Position numbers and translations under genes: made by a program. DNA of 64,000 nt. Source: Armatimonadota bacterium. GTDB taxonomy: Bacteria > Armatimonadota > Hebobacteria > CAIYQO01. The notes below the pieces were generated by a model, which saw only the letters and a program-made list of their open reading frames with translations, ran no database searches and was not told where the DNA came from. How positions within the stretch are numbered: the first letter of the stretch is position 1; the number at the start of each line of letters is the position of its first letter. The stretch covers positions 7,808-71,807 of the forward strand of contig JAKPKV010000186.1 in assembly GCA_029553475.1 (NCBI GenBank), read 5' to 3'. Below are positions 60,488 to 64,000 of this stretch, one piece after another.

Positions 60488-60959
60488 TCCCCTCCATTAA
60501 CTCCTCTGGTGTGCAGATCACCGGCGAGGCATATCCCTTTCCCTCAACCAGGGCGGTGATGCGATTCCTCAGTGTGGCATTCGCAAGGTGTTTGCAATTC
60601 CACGTCAGCAAGTAATCAATGCCGTTAACCGCCGCAAGCGCGATATGGAGTGCGTCCGCTCCGTATTCTCTCGGTATCGGGCCACTCTTAATCAACGCTT
60701 CCGAAAGCAGTATCGCGTCATTCGATATTGCCAATATGGGAAGCCTTTTCAACAACTCGACTCGGGCTTGTGCGGCGGAAGGATCGCCAGCCGAGGCCTC
60801 TTGATAAACGAGCTCTGATATTGTTAATTCGTACCGGGCGGCATATACGTCCCACCATGATCGAGTTATGTGCTGGTGAGCTGCGATAATTGTATCTCTG
60901 CTCAAACGTCCCAGCAAATAGCTTATGATACTGGTCTCTACGTAAACTCTCTCTATCAT
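60477..60959 (-). CDS. PIN-domain ribonuclease (VapC-like type II toxin)
   Basis: VYVETSIISYLL ... DALHIALAAVNGIDYLLTWNCKHL gives the PIN acidic-residue pattern. Confidence 0.6.
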   Translation of the reverse strand: MIERVYVETSIISYLLGRLSRDTIIAAHQHITRSWWDVYAARYELTISELVYQEASAGDPSAAQARVELLKRLPILAISNDAILLSEALIKSGPIPREYGADALHIALAAVNGIDYLLTWNCKHLANATLRNRITALVEGKGYASPVICTPEELMEGNDA

Positions 60960-61133
60960 GATTTATGGCCATACAGGAAGCCGTCAGTTGTTATATACGG
61001 TTCGTCTCGTGCATGCCGCAAGGATATACGACGGCCTCCGCTTGAGGTTACCGTCCATTATATCACCTTTCGTGGTAACAGTTGCGGTGTTTTCCCAATG
61101 CCCCTGGACGGCAACGCATTGGCAGGTTTCATA

Positions 61134-61330
61134 TCAGCATCCCCGATGATGTGAAGTCAGCGCCTCATCCAGCGCCGTCAAATTCGCCGGCGGCGTATCA
61201 ACCGGCACCTCGCAGCCCGGGGAGACGCAGAGACGGTCGCCGCCGTCGGCCAGGTTCCGGCGGGCGGCGCGGCGGACGTCTTCCGGCGTGCCACGCAGCA
61301 TGACGGCGGCGGGGTCAAACGTTGGCCCTT
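61134..61330 (-). pseudogene. C-terminal remnant of a third URO-D family gene
   Basis: FDPAAVMLRGTPEDVRRAARRNLADGGDRLCVSPGCEVPVDTPPANLTAL matches the URO-D/MtaA C-terminal pattern G-GFILSPGCE-PPDTPPEN. There is no upstream part in frame. Confidence 0.4.
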
Positions 61331-61335
61331 CACGC

Positions 61336-61773
61336 TTATCGCCGCCGCGGGCGCTCAAACTCAAAGAGATACACCGCCGACTCGTTCGGCATCGCGTAGA
61401 CCGGCATGCCATTGGTGCGGAAGTTCGGCCCGCGCGGGCTGTAGTAGCGATAAAAATGCGGGTCGCGCTCCATGATCACGCCCGGTCCGTGCGGGTTCCA
61501 GCGCAGCCGCACCACCGGCGGCGCGGTGGGCCGGATGAGCACCGGCACATAGCCCGGCGCGCTCACCACCAGGTCGTGATAGCCGTAATACGGATACGCG
61601 CCGGCGTCATCGTACAGGACCAGCGGCCCCGCGGACGGCAGCACCGCGCTCACCGGCGGCAACGGCGCGGGCGGCGGCGCCGGCCGCGTGGTCATGCGCA
61701 ATTGATAAATCGTCGAGCTGGCCTGGGCGGCCACCCAGAGCAGCGCCAGCGCGAAAATGAGTAGCTCTCGCAT
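61336..61773 (-). CDS. hypothetical secreted Pro/Tyr-rich protein
   Basis: Signal peptide MRELLIFALALLWVAAQASS; no domain recognised. Confidence 0.4.
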   Translation of the reverse strand: MRELLIFALALLWVAAQASSTIYQLRMTTRPAPPPAPLPPVSAVLPSAGPLVLYDDAGAYPYYGYHDLVVSAPGYVPVLIRPTAPPVVRLRWNPHGPGVIMERDPHFYRYYSPRGPNFRTNGMPVYAMPNESAVYLFEFERPRRR

Positions 61774-61862
61774 ACGCCAGCCTCCTCAGCCATGGATCAT
61801 TCCTGCTGAGTGGAGCGTTTCCGCATGCGGCGGCCGTATGCGCGCGCCATGTGCCGGTTCCG

Positions 61863-62726
61863 TTACAGCGGCGGCACGATGAAGCGCGCGCTCGCGGTCC
61901 AGGGGAAATCATTGGTGAGGTCGCGCGCCGCGTGGGCGGCGTGCGCGGCATCCGGGCAGATGCCGCACAGCGCGGAGCCGCTGCCGCAGAGCACCACGCC
62001 CAGGCAGCCCTCCTCCAGCATGCGCCGGCGCCCGCGCGCCAGCTCCGGCAGCAGCGCGAACGCCGGGGCTTCCAGGTCATTCACCAGCGCCCGCGCGATG
62101 GCTCCGACATCGCCCGCACGCAGCGCCGCGATCATCGCCGCCGTCTCCGGCAGCGGCGCGGGAGATGCGGGCGCCGGCGCGGCATGCAGGTGGGCGTAGA
62201 CGTCCGCGGTGGAGAGTCCGACGGCGGATTTGGCCAGCACCAGGTGACAGGCGGCATCGTGCAGCACCGGGACGACCGCCTCCCCGCGCCCGCGCACGAG
62301 GGAGCAGGGGCCGTCGAGGAAGAACGGCACGTCGGAACCGAGCTGCGCGGCCAGCGTCGCCAGCCGGTCCAGCGTCAGGCGGATGTCCCAGACCTCGTTG
62401 AGCGCCGCCAGCGCCGCCGCCGCGTCGCTGCTGCCGCCGCCCAGTCCGGCCTGCATGGGGATGGCCTTCTCCAGGTGGATCTTCGCCCCCCGCGGCGGCG
62501 TCGGGCACTGCGCCATCAGCAGCCGCGCGGCGCGCACCGCCAGATTGTCCTCGGTCCGCAGCGCGGGGTCGGAACAGGTGAACACCAGCCCGTCGGCATC
62601 CGCGACGGTGAGGGTATCCGCCAGCGTGCACATCTGCATGACGGATTCCACCTCGTGGAATCCGTCCGGGCGCCTGCCGCGCACGCGCAGCGTCAGGTTG
62701 ATTTTCGCCGGAGCCGGCACTTGCAT
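61863..62726 (-). CDS. ispE: 4-(cytidine 5'-diphospho)-2-C-methyl-D-erythritol kinase
   Basis: PAKINLTLRVRGRRPDGFHEVESV and PMQAGLGGGSSDAAAAL are GHMP kinase motifs in the IspE arrangement. Confidence 0.8.
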   Translation of the reverse strand: MQVPAPAKINLTLRVRGRRPDGFHEVESVMQMCTLADTLTVADADGLVFTCSDPALRTEDNLAVRAARLLMAQCPTPPRGAKIHLEKAIPMQAGLGGGSSDAAAALAALNEVWDIRLTLDRLATLAAQLGSDVPFFLDGPCSLVRGRGEAVVPVLHDAACHLVLAKSAVGLSTADVYAHLHAAPAPASPAPLPETAAMIAALRAGDVGAIARALVNDLEAPAFALLPELARGRRRMLEEGCLGVVLCGSGSALCGICPDAAHAAHAARDLTNDFPWTASARFIVPPL

Positions 62727-62814
62727 GGGTATAGCCTACAGGAGACGGCGCGCGCTGGCAACCCCGTGCGCTGTTTGCCTGTACGCATCCGGGCGCATCT
62801 GGTAGACTCAGCGT

Positions 62815-64000
62815 ATGGCTATCGCTCAATCGCGCCAACTGGCGCTGGAGGTGCTGCTGCGCGTCGCCGGCGGCGCGTCGGCCACTGCGGCGCTGGAGGA
62901 GGCGCTGTCCCGCGCCGACCTCGACCCGCGTGACCGCGGCTTCGTCACCGAGCTGGTGGATGGCACGCTGCGTTGGCAGGGACGGCTGGATCATCAGCTC
63001 GCGCAGCTCGTGGAAGGCCCGCTGGAGCAGCTCACTCCCGCCGTATGGCACATCCTGCGGCTGGGGGCGTACCAGCTCACCCGGCTGGAGCGCGTGCCCG
63101 CGCACGCGGCGGTGCACGACGCGGTGGAACAGGCGCGCGCGCGCGTACACGACGGCGCGGCGAAGCTGGTGAACGCGGTGCTGCGCCGCCTGGAGCGGGA
63201 GAAGGCTGCGCTGCCTTTCCCTGATCCGACGGATGACCCCGTCGCCCATCTGGCGGCGACGTATTCGCACCCTGCCTGGCTGGTGGAACGCTGGCTGGCG
63301 CGATTCGGGCCGCGGGAGACGGAGGCGCTGCTCGCCATCAATAACACGCCCCCGCCCCTCACCCTGCGCCTGAATCGCCGCTGGGTGACGCGCGAGGGCT
63401 TGCAGGCGTTTTTGAAGCTGCGCGAGATCGCGACGATCCCGACGGCCATCTCGCCGAACGGCCTCATCGTCACCTCCGGCGGCAACCCGCGCCAGGTGGA
63501 CCTCTACGCCGAAGGTCTCTACAGCATCCAGGGCGAAGGCTCGATGGTGATGGTGGAGCTGCTGAAGCCGGGCCGCCGCCGCGCCGGCTGGGACATGGCG
63601 GCCGGCGTGGGCGGCAAGACGACGTATCTGGCGGAATGGGTGGACGACAGCGGCTCGCTGCTAGCCACCGATACCTCCGCTGATCGCTTGCGCGTGTTGC
63701 GAAACGCCCTGGAGCGGCTGGAGCTGTCCTCCGTCCGCGTGGAGGCCGGCGACGCCCGCGCCGTCCCCGTCGCGCCGGAGAGCATGGACTATATCCTCCT
63801 CGACGCGCCCTGCTCCGGCACGGGCGCGCTGCGCCGGCAGGCGGACGCCCGCTGGCGCAAGGCGCCCGCGCAGCTTGCCGAGATGGCGATACTGCAGCGC
63901 GAGCTGCTGGAGGCCGCCGCCCGCGCCGCGAAACCCGGCGGCCTGCTGCTCTACTGCACCTGCTCGCTGGAGCCGGAGGAGAATGAGGCGGTGGTGGCGC
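62815..64000 (+). CDS. rsmB: 16S rRNA (cytosine967-C5)-methyltransferase RsmB/Sun, 3'-partial (runs off the window)
   Basis: NusB-like N-terminus (AVWHILRLGAYQLTRLERVPAHAAVHDAVEQAR) and MTase motif LLDAPCSGTGALRR. No stop before the window end. Not in the ORF track because it is unterminated. Confidence 0.75.
   Translation, partial: MAIAQSRQLALEVLLRVAGGASATAALEEALSRADLDPRDRGFVTELVDGTLRWQGRLDHQLAQLVEGPLEQLTPAVWHILRLGAYQLTRLERVPAHAAVHDAVEQARARVHDGAAKLVNAVLRRLEREKAALPFPDPTDDPVAHLAATYSHPAWLVERWLARFGPRETEALLAINNTPPPLTLRLNRRWVTREGLQAFLKLREIATIPTAISPNGLIVTSGGNPRQVDLYAEGLYSIQGEGSMVMVELLKPGRRRAGWDMAAGVGGKTTYLAEWVDDSGSLLATDTSADRLRVLRNALERLELSSVRVEAGDARAVPVAPESMDYILLDAPCSGTGALRRQADARWRKAPAQLAEMAILQRELLEAAARAAKPGGLLLYCTCSLEPEENEAVVA

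Overview
This is a high-GC (roughly 68-70% by eye) bacterial chromosomal segment. It is densely coded on both strands and most starts carry a strong GGAGG-type ribosome-binding site. The phylum cannot be fixed from sequence alone; the window combines an attenuator-controlled pyr operon, extended -10 promoters and many nested MITE-like repeats. Housekeeping content includes birA-rsmD, wrbA, hisI, thyX, three tRNAs (Glu, Arg, Ser), ispE and rsmB. There is also a pyrimidine operon: promoter, PyrR-binding attenuator, then pyrR-pyrB-pyrC-carA-carB, with carB split into two genes. Interspersed with these are accessory features:
- two type II toxin-antitoxin modules (Phd/RelE, and a PIN toxin with a small downstream ORF)
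- an MNT/HEPN module plus a Dabb gene inserted between the two carB halves
- at least three families of short palindromic MITE-like repeats, one of them disrupting the HEPN gene
- an IS66-family transposase remnant
- a histidine-phosphatase pseudogene and a URO-D-family C-terminal remnant
- carbohydrate genes: PfkB kinase, sialate O-acetylesterase, Gfo/Idh/MocA oxidoreductases, a sugar-phosphate isomerase, a SIS isomerase and a DegT aminotransferase
The most striking object is a roughly 6 kb low-GC island at about 47.7-53.9 kb. It encodes a giant (~1600 aa) secreted tandem-repeat protein whose signal peptide is separated from the body of the ORF by a frameshift in a poly-C tract. The C-terminal ~500 codons of that gene drop to about 40% GC, and it is followed immediately by an equally AT-rich ankyrin-repeat protein with an N-terminal zinc ribbon. 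That architecture resembles a polymorphic-toxin and immunity pair. No CRISPR array or rRNA was found. Coordinates derived from the ORF track are reliable; positions I read by hand may be off by 1-2 nt.
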